From Caecitellus pseudoparvulus (lineage: Eukaryota > Protista > Bigyra: Bicosoecida): a stretch of DNA of 64,000 nucleotides. Both the position numbers and the translations under genes were made by a program. Below the pieces are notes generated by a model. It was not told the DNA's origin and made no database searches. It saw nothing but the letters and a program-made list of their open reading frames with translations. Shown here piece after piece: positions 47,101 through 59,524 of this stretch (the first letter of the stretch is position 1; every line of letters starts with the position of its first letter). The stretch spans positions 124,001-188,000 of the forward strand of contig CBFFRQ010000032.1 in the NCBI GenBank assembly GCA_965644315.1, given 5' to 3'.

Positions 47101-47292
47101 ATGGACAGCTCCATGAGCCTGGCTGGGAGGGGCATGCGCCCCGCCACCATCTCGGCACGCATGCCTCTGGAGCTTAGCTACGGCGGCAATGGGCGGGAGG
47201 TGCAGCTCAAGGCGCAGTACGGCTTCAAGCTCGTGTCGCAGTCCAGCGGCGGCAGCCACGACGGCGCTGCCGCCCGCCCCGCCCTGCCGTGA
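44190..47292 (+). CDS. FG-GAP (integrin-alpha-like propeller) cell-surface protein with Ser/Thr mucin stalk and single TM helix
   Basis: Signal peptide; FGRAIA, FGTGVAVQGDTIVVGA, FGFRVA, FGWSMD, FGASVDLHGECVAVGAP, FGYAVS; PTPSPT stalk; TM VIGICIVASLCIAVVAVVV; intron about 44397-44543. Confidence 0.85.
46070..46410 (+). repeat. Ser/Thr/Pro-rich mucin-like coding repeat
   Basis: PTPSPTSSSSPTPFPTPSPT...TPSATPS low-complexity tract. Confidence 0.8.
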
Positions 47293-47777
47293 GACAATGC
47301 ACCAACAACACGCTCCATGCAACAGACACCTGACCTGTGAGCATGGTAGACCAGCTCTGCCGGGCCAGTGGATCGAAACCTGGCCAAGGGGTGTGGTGCA
47401 GAAGCTTCCATCCGGTGCCCCCCCTCTGATCATGGCGCACCAGCGCCAGCGCTGCCTGCGGTGGTGTCGGAAGCAGGGCGCGTCGGGCGCATGGGCGGCA
47501 AGCAGCATGAACGCCCGCAAGTCACTGCATGCTTGCTCTACATGCTGGTCGTGGTGCGGGTGCTGGGAAGAGTTCGCGCGCTAGGGTATCAGGGGCACAG
47601 TTCTGTGCGGCCAAGTCCAGTTTGGCAGTCGCCCGCCGCCTGCAATTTACAAGTGCCCCTCGCGACACTCAGCGGCTTTCGAGGTGTAAAGAGTGTGTGA
47701 AAGGCGTCAAGACGTGTATGCATCTACCTTCCTCCAGTTCAACCCTGCACTTGGCTCGCGGCCCGCTCCCGAGCGGC

Positions 47778-50700
47778 ATGCGCTCTGCACGCCTTGTCGC
47801 TGGGAGTCGGATTGCGGCAATTGCAGCCCTTGCAGCTTGCCTGGCACACGCAGCGCAGGGCTTGCCGGTGTGCGATGATGACAGATTAGAGCTGCACTCC
47901 CCTTCCTCCTCATGCGAGCTCCCGCCGGGCTTGTTTCCCCACCACGCGAACGTGTCTGGCGGAGCGCTGATTAGCGTTGGCGGCAACACGACGTTCACCG
48001 GCCTCATCCAAGTGGGCAGTGGCGGTGCCATCATCGGCAACGACTCAGCCCCTGTGCGAGACCTTGCCGAGTGCCAGGCTGAGCTGGACGCGTGCACGGT
48101 GGTCGTGCCTGACGAGGTGCCGGCGGGGACGATCTTGCCGCCAGGCTCATACCAGGAATCGGTGTGCGTGCAGCTCGATTTTGACAACTCCACGCAGGTG
48201 GCTGCCGTGTTCAGCCACGACTTCAATGTGACGCGGGAAATCATGCAGCAGGAGGCTGCCAATGGCGGCAACGCCCTCTCAGAATACGTCTTCGACGTGC
48301 CGGAAGACCTGTGAGTGCGCTCAATTTCCGCGCTCGGCCGCTGCGCTGGCGCACACCCCGCTGGAATTCCCCCGGGGCGCGCATCAACCCCGCGGGCTTC
48401 AACTGCCCCGCTGCGCCAAGAAGGGGGTATCACATGCACTTGTGATTGAAAATAGCCTTCTTGCATCCGTCTGCAACTTGACCTGACCCTGCGCCGCGCC
48501 CGACTTCGCCTGCACAGGTGTGTCCCGGGATTCCTCGCAGTGTGCATGCCTGCAGTGTTTTTCAATGGCAGTGAGCAGCCCAGCACACGGTACCCGTTCA
48601 TCGGGCCATCGGCTGCCCTGGGCAACCTGGTACGGCGCAGCGCTGCCCTGGCGCGTCACCACGCCGAGCTTTCACTTCCCGTTCTCTGCGTTGCAGGCCA
48701 CGGACTGGAAGCTGCAGCCAGTGGACATGGTGGATGCTGATGTGTTCACGGTCACCCCCAGCGAAGGCTTCATCATCGTGCAGCTGGGCACGTCGGGCGT
48801 GCTGGACTACGAGACAAATCGCGAGCTGTCTTTCCGCTTGCTGTCCACGACAGAGGTGCGCAAACCCAACCCTGCCGCCTGCAACATGCCAGGCCCAGGA
48901 GGGGTGGGCAAAGCCTTCCCCAACTCGACATTTTGCGGAGGCTCCTCCAGCATCCCCGCCTGCAACGTCACGTACTTGCCGGGGGACTCTGTGCCGCAGC
49001 TGGCGCCCAACGCTGGCGTTGAACTGCGCCTGGTGCAGGAGTACGACCCCATCACCCGCACCAACGTCAGTGTCCTGCGCAACGTCAGCCTGCCCTGCCG
49101 TCCCCCCACGCCCACTGCCAATGACACCCTGGACGGCCGTGCCTGGCCGCTCTTCCCTGGCATCGACCCCATCGTGCGCTTCGTGCTGCCCACTTCCACG
49201 CTGGTGCTGCGCTTCAACATCACCGCAGCGCCCGAGCGGCCCGTGTGGCGCCCGCCCGCCGACACGCTGGTGCTGGATGACCCCGCTGCAGACTTCATCA
49301 ACCTGAACCCGGCAGTGGCCAAGCCCGACGCGTGTGGCGGGTCGGGCAGTCTGAACGTGACGGTGGGCGCGGAGGTGCCCGCTGGCACGCCCGACGGCTT
49401 CCCCGTCGGCCTGCCCATCCCCGTCACGGAGGAGGACGCGGGGGAGTCCCTGACCATCCGGGTGGATCTGAGCCCTCGCAGCCCGCCTGGCTCCACCCTG
49501 GCCACGGCACAGCAGTTCCGCCTGGAGGTGCGAGATTCAGACAGCGCGCAGAGCGGCACAGCCAGCTTCGAGTCGCCCCTGACGCTGGGCCGTGTCGCCA
49601 ACACCATTCGCTTCCGGCTGCTGGTGCAGGTGACCACTGACACGTCCACTGGCATCACCCTGCCGCCGTCAGGGCAGTCCGTCGTCCTCTTGCGCGTGAC
49701 GGCGGCTGACCCCGTGGGCCTAGAGAGCTTCGTGGATGTGCGGGTGAACATCACTTCCCTGGCGCCCGAGGGCGGCATCAAGGTCTTGCCCACCAGTGTG
49801 TCGGAGGAGGTGCTGCCCGATGCACCCGCCAGCACCATCACGCTGGGCGTGTTCATCGCCCCGGGCGTGGAGTGGACGGCGTCGGGGCTGCTGCCCCTGG
49901 ACCCCGCCGTGGGCCTGGTGTCCTCCATCCCCCCCTGGATCTCCCTGTCAGCCGTCACTGGGGAGGGGCCCACGGTGGTCACAGCGGTGCTGAACGGGAC
50001 GGGGTACCCACAGGGCACACTCCGCACACAGCTACAGTTCTCGTCTCTCTTCGACCTGGCTGGCAGCGGCGGCGGCAGTGGCGGGCTCACTGCTGCAGAG
50101 CTCATCACATCGGTGCCGTTTGAGCTGTTCGTCGCCGCTCCCCGCGCCGTGCTGCAGCCCAACCAGCTATCCCTCACCGCCCAGCCAGGCGGCCAGAACA
50201 CGTCCGTGGAGCTGGTGCTGCTCAACGCCGGCTCCTTCGAGCTGACCTACACGCTGTCAGTGGCAGACTCGCCGTCCACCCCCTGGCTCTTTTTGCGCCG
50301 GGTGGACCCTGCAACGTCTGCCGTACTGCCCACGGTCCTGAACGTCACCTCTGGTACAGTGCCGCAGGGCGGGCTCACCCGCATCTCCGTGCAGGCCAAC
50401 CCACGCCTGCTGACCACTGGCCTGTTCACGGCCAGCCTGGCCTTCACTTCCTCGGACCCCGCCGCCGCAGACGTCACCCTGCCCGTCACCCTGCGTGTCA
50501 GCTGGATGGCGGTGTGCCCAGACATGGTGGGGTTGACCGCGGCACCAGATGGCTTCTCCTCTGCTGCCGTGGAGCTGACGAACCTGTCACCCTTTGACAT
50601 CGGCCTGGCCCTGGATGTGCGGGGCATGTCGGAGGCCTTTATCAGGGGCGCGGAGCTGGTGCCGCCCAGCGGCGTGGAAATCACCATGGGCGCCTCAGAC

Positions 50701-53700
50701 AACAAGCTGCCCGTGGGGGAGCCCCCTCGCACGGTGGCGCTGTCCCTGCACTACGCGTCTGGCGAGGCAACAGGCCCTGGCGTGTACAACACCACTTTTG
50801 ACGTCGTGACTTGGCGCCGCACGGCAGCTGAGCTGGCGGCAGATGCGGCCGTGGTGGACCCCGTCACCAAGGCGGGGTACATCCCCGAGCTGGAAGTGTA
50901 CCTGTCCAGTGTAGGGGCCACCTTCATCGAGCGCCGCACCATCACCGTTACGTACACGCTGCTGGAGGGGCCCACGTCCCCCCTCACCAGCTCCATCGGC
51001 GGCCTGCGCAGTGACATCCTGCGCGCCACCGTGCCCTCCAGCACACCCGCGCCCAGCGCCACCTCCACGCCCTTCCCTTCCCGCGGCCTGACGCCCAGCA
51101 CCTCTGCCACGCCCAGCGCCACGCCCAGCGGCACAGCCCTGCCCACTCGCTCTGTGACCCCGACGCCCTCCCCTGTGGATGACCCGTCACCCTTCCCGTC
51201 GCCCAGCGTCGGCGCCAGCCCATCAGCTGCCCCCTTCAGGCCACCCCCTCTGCCACAGGTCCTCCCCGCCAACGAGGTCCTCGTCGCCAGCCTCGTCCTG
51301 CGAGACGCCTACTCCTTCGCAGGCACAGAGCGCCCCGCTGGCGTGCTGGAGGTGACGGTGGAGTCCTTCGCGCCTGTCGTCGCAGCCTTTATCGACGGCT
51401 CCCCCGGCGTCAAGGCCGCGGCACTGGCAGGCCTGGGTGATCGCCGCCTGTCCTCCGCCTTCTCCGACCGCCTGCTGGCTGCCCGGCTGCAGGGTGCGGC
51501 GGCGCACTCGGCGGGGCTGGCCGCCGTCATGGCGGATGGCCACGAGGCGCAGCACCGCCTGCGGCAGAACGTGGAGGCCAGGTTCAGCAGCCTGCACAGT
51601 GTTGACGCCTTGAACAAACGCAGTGCCGTCCGCAGATACGGCGCTGCCCTAGACCCGTACCTGCACTTGGACACGGCGCAGTTCAGACGGGAAGCGCTGC
51701 CACCCCCCATGTGGATGTCACGGTCTGGCGCCGCCGCCTACGTCACGGGGCGTGGCGAGCAGCAGGCGTGGCAAGGCGGCATGCAGCGCAGGCTGGAGGA
51801 GGAGGTGGTAGAGCGACAGGCTGGTGCCCCTCCATCCAGCAGCACATGGGGCGGGGAGGAGCTGGAGCCACCTGCCTCTCCCCCTGGGCTGATGCCCCGC
51901 ACCGTCTACGACAAGCTCTCGCGCAGTGGCAAGTTCCTGGTCCATGAGGATTTACTGAGGGCGCAGCAGCTGTCCCCTTCGCTGAAGCGCTCGCAGGACG
52001 AGACCGGGGCCATCAACGACCCACAGCACCCAGACCCCATGCCCCTGGGATGGTCCCCGCCAGTGGGTGGCGAGGCGTTTTCCGCGGCCCAGGCCCAGAT
52101 GCACGACCTGTACCAGATGGTGGGCCCAGATGGCGGCACGACAGGCGCCGTCCTGGGCACAGACGAATTCCGGGAGTGGACGCTGCATGCTTCGCGGGCA
52201 GCTGGGCAGGTGGGGCATGGGACTGCGTACCGGTACGGCAGGCCTTCCCACGAGCACCTCGCTCACCTGGACCACGATATTGACATGAAACTGCTGACTT
52301 CAGGGGTGGATGTGCAGGCATGGTACGAGAAGAACTCCGTGTGGATGGGCGGCACTGGCGCACGCGCTACTGAGCACCTGCGCCTGTGGCGGGAGAGTGG
52401 CTCCGTGAACGCCCACGCAGGAACCAGGCGCCTGCGGGCGCAGCCAGGGCAGCGAGTGGTGCGGGGTGAGGGCCGCCACCTTGGCGTGCCCAGCTTGGCC
52501 AAGCTGCCCGCCAAGCAGGGCGGTCGGCAGGTGGGCTGGCCCTGGATGCGCCAGCTGTCCGACATGGCGCCTCACCTGGACGATCGGCGGCCGGCACACG
52601 ACATCCGGGACCCCGTTGCGGCACGGGTGCAGCGCGAGCTGCTGCGCTTCGCGGCTGCTGGTTCGGCCCTGGCTGAGAGCCACACTGCCGCGTCACGGCG
52701 CGCACCGCGACCTAACGTCGCGGCTGACGACCGCGCCCACTGGACCGAGGCGCAGTTCAAGTACCACGAAGGGGGTGAAGCAGTGGCTCCCCCCGCCGCC
52801 CCACGAGGGCAGCAGGGCAACTCAGATGCCATGCACCACCTCATGTCGGCACTGGGTCCGGGGCAGGGGACTGCGCATCGATCTCGGTACGTGAACCCCA
52901 ACACCGGCGTGCCCGCGCCGCCGTCCCCTCACACGGCGCCCCATGAGGCGCCTGAGTTCAGCAGGCCCGGCACCCTGCACACGTGGACACTGCCTGGGTC
53001 ACCCCACCGGCACCTGCAGTCCACGCTGCGTGCCGACACGGGCAGCATCGCCACCGTCACCGTCGTGTACGAGGGGCCGGCACGCAACTTCGGCAGCGAC
53101 GCGTTGGCGGATCGCAGCTCCTTGAGCTCCCTGGAGGAGGAGGCGCTGGGCCTGTACACGGTGTACATCCGGCCCCTGCGGCAGGGCACGGCGGTGCTGC
53201 GGGCGCGCGTGGGAGGGGAGGAGGTGCTGGGGTCCGGGCACACCTTCACCATCCAGGGTGCGTCCTGCCCCGCCATGAACGTGACCCAGACACGCTCAGG
53301 CCTGGAGTGCGAGTGCCAGGCAGGCTTCTCCCTGGACGTGGCGGCGGTGTCCCTGGCCGCTGAGCAGGGCATGAGCGGGACGGGCGTCGTCAGCTCGGAC
53401 GCCTTCCTTCGCTGCCGTGCCTGCGAGCCGGGCTTTGAGAAGGCGGCCTCGGGCAACGCGCCCGCCTGTGACGTGTGCCCCTTCAACACGTACTCCGCCG
53501 GCGCCACCATGGGCTGCCAGCCGTGCCTGGACTCCCCAGGCGCCTCCTGCGCTGAGGGCGTGCTGGTCATCAAGCCGGGGTTCTGGTACGAGCCGGGCCT
53601 GCGCCGGCCGCTGACAGGCGTGTACGGCGTGCGGGATGAGGCGGTGCGGCGCAATGTGAGCGAGGAGGTGGTGGTGCTGGACCTGCACCGCCAGATGGGC

Positions 53701-56400
53701 GTGGCAGGGGGGCCCAACGGCACCTTGCCGGCGCCGCTCCTCGTGCTACCGGCAGGCACAGTGCTGCACCAGTGCCCCCTGCCGGAAGTGTGCCAGCTGG
53801 ACCCCGCCACCCAGGCGCCAGTGTGTGCGACAGGGTACTCCGGCCCCCTCTGTGCTGTGTGCGCGGACGGCTTTGAGAGCAACAACGGCCAGGCAGGTGC
53901 CGTGTGCAACGAGTGCCCCGCCCAGGCCGTGAACATCGTCATCACCATCGTCGTGTTCGGGGTCGTCGTGTTCGGTGTCACGCGTGTGGCGCTGGGGCAG
54001 AAGGCTGCTGAGCGCTCCATGGCAGGGAAGAGCCCCACCACCCGCACCATGACCATCGTGCGTATCGGCATCAACTGGATGCAGGCCACGGCTGTCGTCG
54101 GCACGATGCAGCTGGCAGGCCTGTCTCGCCTGGTGGAGGGCGCCCTGGCCCTGGGCTCAGCGGCAGAGGGCGTCACCCTCGGCTTCTTCCCCGTGCGCTG
54201 CCTGACTCAGCTGGACTTCTACACCACCTTCTACACGTACCTGTCCCTGCCCCTGCTGGCGCTGCTTGTGCCGCACGCCGTCTCCATCATTGCCTGGGCA
54301 GGGGTGGTGAATGGCTGCTGCGGGGGGGTGGACACACACACCTCCCGCTCAGCCTCCCGACGGCGGCGTGGTGGCGTGGCCAAGGCGGGCTTGGCGCAGG
54401 CGCAGCGGGCAGTGGAGATGTCCCCCTCCCCCACGCACCGCCCGGCGTCACCCCCCCGCAAACCACGCGCCGGGGCCGCCGAGGGCAAGCCAACCAGCTC
54501 TGAGGGCAGCGCGGAGACAGGGCACTCGCGCAAGGCAGCGGCGCCAGTGCGCATTCGCCGTGGAGCGCGGGGTGACTCGGTGTCCACCCGCACACACGTG
54601 CAGGCAGGGGCGGGCGGAGTGGGCCGCGGCAGTCCCCCCTTCGGCCCCGGCGGCCTGCTGCCTGGCTCGCCCCTGCCCCGCAGAGGGCGAGCGCGCACTG
54701 GCTCCAGTGCAGGGTCGCACTCACCGGAGTCCCCTGCTCTGGGCGGAGCGGCACGCCCCCCCTCGCCCCTGCGCCAACCCCACACCCTGGCTGGCTCCCC
54801 CATGCACAGCCCCAAGCGGGGGCCACAGGGCAAGCCGTCCGGCTCCCTCATTGAGCCTGCGTCGGCGCCTCAGCCTGAGGAGGACAGCGGACTGGCGGGG
54901 CGGGTGCTAAGTGCGCTGGCGCTGTGCAAGACGGCTCTGTGCTGTGGCGGCAGCGGCGGCGGGCGGTCGCGCTCCAAGACAGTCAGCATCGCCTCCAATG
55001 AGTCCCGCCTGCTGCTGGCGCGGTACCTGTCCCGCGGCACCACCAGCTCCATCGTGCTGCTGTTCCTGCTGCACTTCACGCTGCTCCGGAACACCACCAA
55101 GGTGTTCGTGCTGTACCCCCACACCATCGGGGGCCGCACATACCTGGCGAATGACTTCACGGCCACCACTTCCGACGCCCAGTACATGACCGCCTTCGGG
55201 CTGGCTCTGGCCAGTGTCGTCGTGTACGTCATGGGCATCCCCGCCATTGGCGTGGCGGTGCTGCTGCACAACCGTGAACGCCTGAACTCAGGCACATTCG
55301 CCGCCCGCTTCGGGTTCCTGTACGCTGGCCTGCGCCGAGAGAGGGGGCTGTACCTGTGGGAAGGTGTTGTGCTGCTGCGCAAGATCGCATTGGTCTTCAT
55401 CGCAACCTTCGCCACCACCAACGCACTGCAACAGGGGTACCTCGCGACGCTGCTCATCATCATCGCCCTGGTGCTGCAGATCCGCTTCGAACCGTACGAG
55501 CACAAGGTCGTGAACCAGCTGGAAGCCTCCTCCCTCAGCACCCTGCTGTTCACACAGCTGGGCGTGCTGTACTACGCCAGCACGCCCACGCTGGCCGTCT
55601 CAGCCGTCGTCCTCTCCATCAACTGCGCCATGGCGCTGCTCTTCCTCGTGGCTCTCGCCACCGCCTCCCGTAAGGCTGTCCTGGCGCGCACCCGCAGCGC
55701 CCTCCTGCTCCTCCTCGCCCTCGTCAACCGCTGTGGCTGCTGTGGCACGGCCTTGCCCGCCGCCCTCCAGCGCGCCATCGAGGATGTGCGCAGGGCCCAG
55801 GTGGAGCTGGACGCCGGCATCGAGACCAGCGGCTTCCAGATCTCATCCCTCGCCTCGGGGCTGTGTGGCGCGTGCTTAGGTGCGCAGCAGGCCGCTCGCA
55901 AGCTGGTCATGTCCAAGTCCTTCCGCGCCAAGCCGGCGAGGGAGGGGGGGGCCGCCGCCACCGCCTCCGCCTCTGCAACCTCCAAGAACCCCATGCTGTC
56001 GCGAACAGCATACCAGAGCACGCCACCCGACCTGGACCTGGGCCCTGGCATCTCCTCTCCCGGGGAGGCCTCCGACAAGTCCAAGCTGTTCTCCAACCCC
56101 CTCCTGGCCGTGTCTGGCAAAGCCCGCAGCCGCACCCTGTCCTCTCGTGGCCGGGAGTCCATCGCCATCGCCTCACCAGGCAGCGCCTTCCTGCCCGCCA
56201 ACGCCAGCAAGCTTGCCGGCACTGGGGAGGGCGACAGCGAAGCCACGCCTGACAGCCGGCCGGGCCAGCTGATCAAAGGCCAAGACCTGTCCCGCCGAAG
56301 CCAGCAGCTGGTGGACCTGGCCCGCGCACAGCGGGAACAGGCGGGGGGCATGGCCACCGGGCGCCGCCGCGGAGCGAGCAAGTCTCGCCGCGGCAAGTGA
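47778..56400 (+). CDS. Giant multidomain membrane protein: signal peptide, cadherin-like, BACON-like and filamin-like domains, Cys-rich repeats, multi-TM (TRP-like/FLC-type) C-terminus
   Basis: Signal peptide MRSARLVAG...AAQG; LDYET; WTAS...PPWISLS...G; GLYTVYIRP...GGEEVLGSGHTFTI; CRACEPGF/CPFNTYS/CATGYSGPLCAVCADGF; FGFLYAG..LWEGVVLLRK..EPY..NQLE. 5' introns at about 48311-48700. Confidence 0.82.
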
Positions 56401-56561
56401 TGTGCCGGCTGCCCTTGCGCCGTGTCGCCGTCATGTGTCATTTCTGTAATGCAGTCTGCATGTGTCTCAGTGCAGTCGCAGCGCCAAACCCCAGTGAACA
56501 AGGTCACACGCCACGCACAGCAGGGCCACACTTGCAGCCCCTTCGCAGCAAGCTTGTTTCC

Positions 56562-59388
56562 ATGGCTGCCGAGGTTGCCGAGGCGGCAGGCGCCCTGCCC
56601 TGCACCAGCGTCACATGCATCATTTGTGCTGAGGAGAGCGGGCAGCAGGGTGGCACGGCGGTGTACTCCTGCAGCCATGTCATGTGTGCCACGTGTGCAG
56701 CCCGGCTGCGCATGCTGCAGAAGGACTTCTCCTGCCCCATGTGCAAGCAGGAGTCCAAGGTGGCCGTCGTGGACCATGCTTACACAGAGGGGAAGGACTT
56801 TGGCGAGTGCGTGGGGCCAAATTCCGCACCCCGCCGGTCTCCCGCCCGCAACCTTCCTTCGCCGCTCCTGTTGCCCAGGTACAAGGTTGGCGGGCTGGAT
56901 AAACGCCAGCTGCCTGCCGGTGCAGTGGCTGACTTCCCCACAGGGCTGGTGTTCCTCCGGCGCCAGGAACGGGAGGATATCGTGAACCTGCGGCGGTTCC
57001 GTGCGTGCGTCGGCGGCGACACGTCTGAGCACTCCGGCCTGCGCGCCTTGAACACGTACCTGCGGCACAAGTACAAGGTGCAAGTGTGCGAGATTTGCAT
57101 TCGACACGGCACCTCCTTCGTGGGTGAAATCCCTCGCCGCACGCCTGCCCAAATGCGCCAGCACCGAGACAAGGGCGACAAAGGCACTGGTGCGTGAGCA
57201 TGCCGCGCGCCGCAAGGAGCGTGCGCGGGACGCTACCTCTGCCGCCATCCACTGCACAGGCTTCAAGGGGCACCCTGTGTGCGACCTCTGTTCCAAGCGC
57301 GTGTTTGACTCGGATGCTCTGCGAGCCCACCGGCACAAGGACCACTTCTCGTGCCAGGTGTGTTCCCGAGGGGGCCACGAGTCATACTACGCAGACTACG
57401 AGACCCTGGCGCAACACTTCCGCTCGGAACACTTCATGTGCGAACACCCGGACTGCCAAGCCGCCCGCTTCGTCGTCTTTGCCTCTGCCGTGGAGCTGAA
57501 GGCACATGTGGCCAGCACACACCCCGGCCTGCTGTCACGAGAGGAACGCACACTCACCACTGGCATCGCCTTCCACCACGCGTCTGGGGGTGGAAGTGGG
57601 GGTGGTGTGGAGCGCTACGATTCCTCTGGCCGCCGTGTGCAGGAGCGGGGCCGGGGCCGGGGCCGGGGCGCCTCCAACCACCCAGCCTACGACGCAGGCA
57701 CTCAATCTGCCCTGGGCAACATGAGCCGGGTGGAGGCAAGTGAGTGGGAGACAGCGCTGGCTGCTGCAGGGGGGGGGCAGGGGGGGTGAGGCTCACTTCC
57801 CCACCCTGGGCAGAGGGGGGTCGGGGGGGGCAACACCATGGCGGGCAGGCTGGGGGGATACTCCGCCGCCACTGGCAACCCCCGTGCTGCTGCCTCCGCT
57901 GTGGCGGCGTTCCCCACGCTCGGCGGAGGCGGGCGTGGCCGGCCGAAGAAGGGGAGGGGGGGCGGCGCACAGTGGGGCGCGCCCGCTTCCACCGCCCGCC
58001 CACAGCACACGCTGGAAAGCCTAGGCGTGCGGGTGAAGGGGCGCAAGGGCAGACGCAAGGGCGGCGTCAAACCCTCCACCCCCACCCCTGCCCCAGCCCC
58101 CGTGTTACCCGCCCCAGACCTGGGCAGCGCGCAGAACGAGGAGCCTGAGGGGGAGGTGCCGGGCGGAGGCAGCACGGTCACTGCCGTCGTCTTCGCGGTG
58201 CAGAAGGCGCTGCAGGGGCGTCCGGAAAAGTTCGAGGTGTTCCGCCGCCTGGTCACGGGCCTGAGGGCGGGGGAGGTGCAGGCGAAGGACTTCCACGACC
58301 GCATGGCGGGCGTGCTGCCCACCAAGGACTTCCTCAGCCTCTTCCCCAGACTCGTCTCCAGCCTGCCAGACCCCGCCACGCGCACTGAGCTGGCCGGCAT
58401 CCACCTGCGCTACGTCAAGCGTGTGTCGGCCGTCACAGGCGGCTTCAGCATGGTGCCTGGCATGAGCGGGCAAGTGCCAGAAGCGGCGCCTGAGCCGGAG
58501 CCCGTGCCACGCAGCACCCAGCGAGGTAAGGCGAAAGCCAAACAACAGCGACCCAAGGCCAAGGCCAAGGCCAAGCAGGCTCCTGCTCCTGCTCCAGCTC
58601 CATCTCCTGCCCCAGCACCTGCTCCAGCACCTGCTCCAGTCCCAGACCTGGCCCTTGTCCCTGACGCTGCGCCCATCCCATCCCTGGCCCCGCCCCCGGA
58701 CCTGCCCCCAGGCATCGTGGCTGGTGGCTTCGAGGCGCTGGCGCCGCCCCCTCCCCTGCCCCCCACACTGCCTGAGGAACCCCAGCCCTCCAGAGATAGC
58801 ACTGCCAGTGCAGAAACCACCCCCACCGTCGCTGGCCTGTCCATGCAAGCTGCTCTAGCCCCCAAGACACGCACTGGGCGGGCCAGCGCGCCCGTGCCCG
58901 CCCCAGCCCAGCCACAGCAGGCACCCGCGTCAGCGGCAGCGGTCGTGGCCACTGCACCTGCCACACTCGCCATCCCGGCGGGGGTGCAGGTGAAGCGAGC
59001 CAGCGGCAAGAAGAAGTGGAAGAGCTCTGCCGGCGCACACCGACCAGCGGCGCCAGCACGCCAGCCCAAACAGAAGCCCGAGCCCAAGCCCAAAGCGGCC
59101 AAGCCCAAGCCTGCGCACATGAGTGCACCCGTGTCTGGGGCACACACCGCCTTTGTGCCGCCAGCTGGCGCTGTGCGCTTGAAGAAGGGTGAGACGGATG
59201 AAGCACCTGCGTGGGGTGGCGCCAAGGCCAAGCCACAAGCAAGCGCCCGCGCCCCTGACCATGCTGGGACACGTTTGAGCGACATCCTGGCCGCCAGTGC
59301 TGCGCCAGCGCCGTCTAAAGCTTCAAGTCGTGGGGCACGCCGAGGGAAGAGCAAGCGAGGTGTGAAGGTGGACTTGGCCAGCCTGTGA
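56562..59388 (+). CDS. ZNF598: RING/C2H2 E3 ubiquitin ligase, ZNF598/Hel2 family
   Basis: CIICAE...CSHVMCATCAARLR..CPMCK RING; GFKGHPVCDLC..F.DSDAL..H..KDHFSCQVC; YYADYETLAQHFRSEHFMCEHPDC..FVVF..ELKAH; FPTL motifs. Frame break at about 57785-57850. Confidence 0.88.
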
Positions 59389-59524
59389 GCCGGCAGCACA
59401 TGTCTGCACACCCGTCAAATTCACAACCCTTCAAAGATTAAGGTAGAACTTGCTGTGAAGTGAGCTGTGGTGTCGAGATTGCCGGCCAGCCGCCCTGCAG
59501 GTAGCCCCACACTCACACGCTGCC

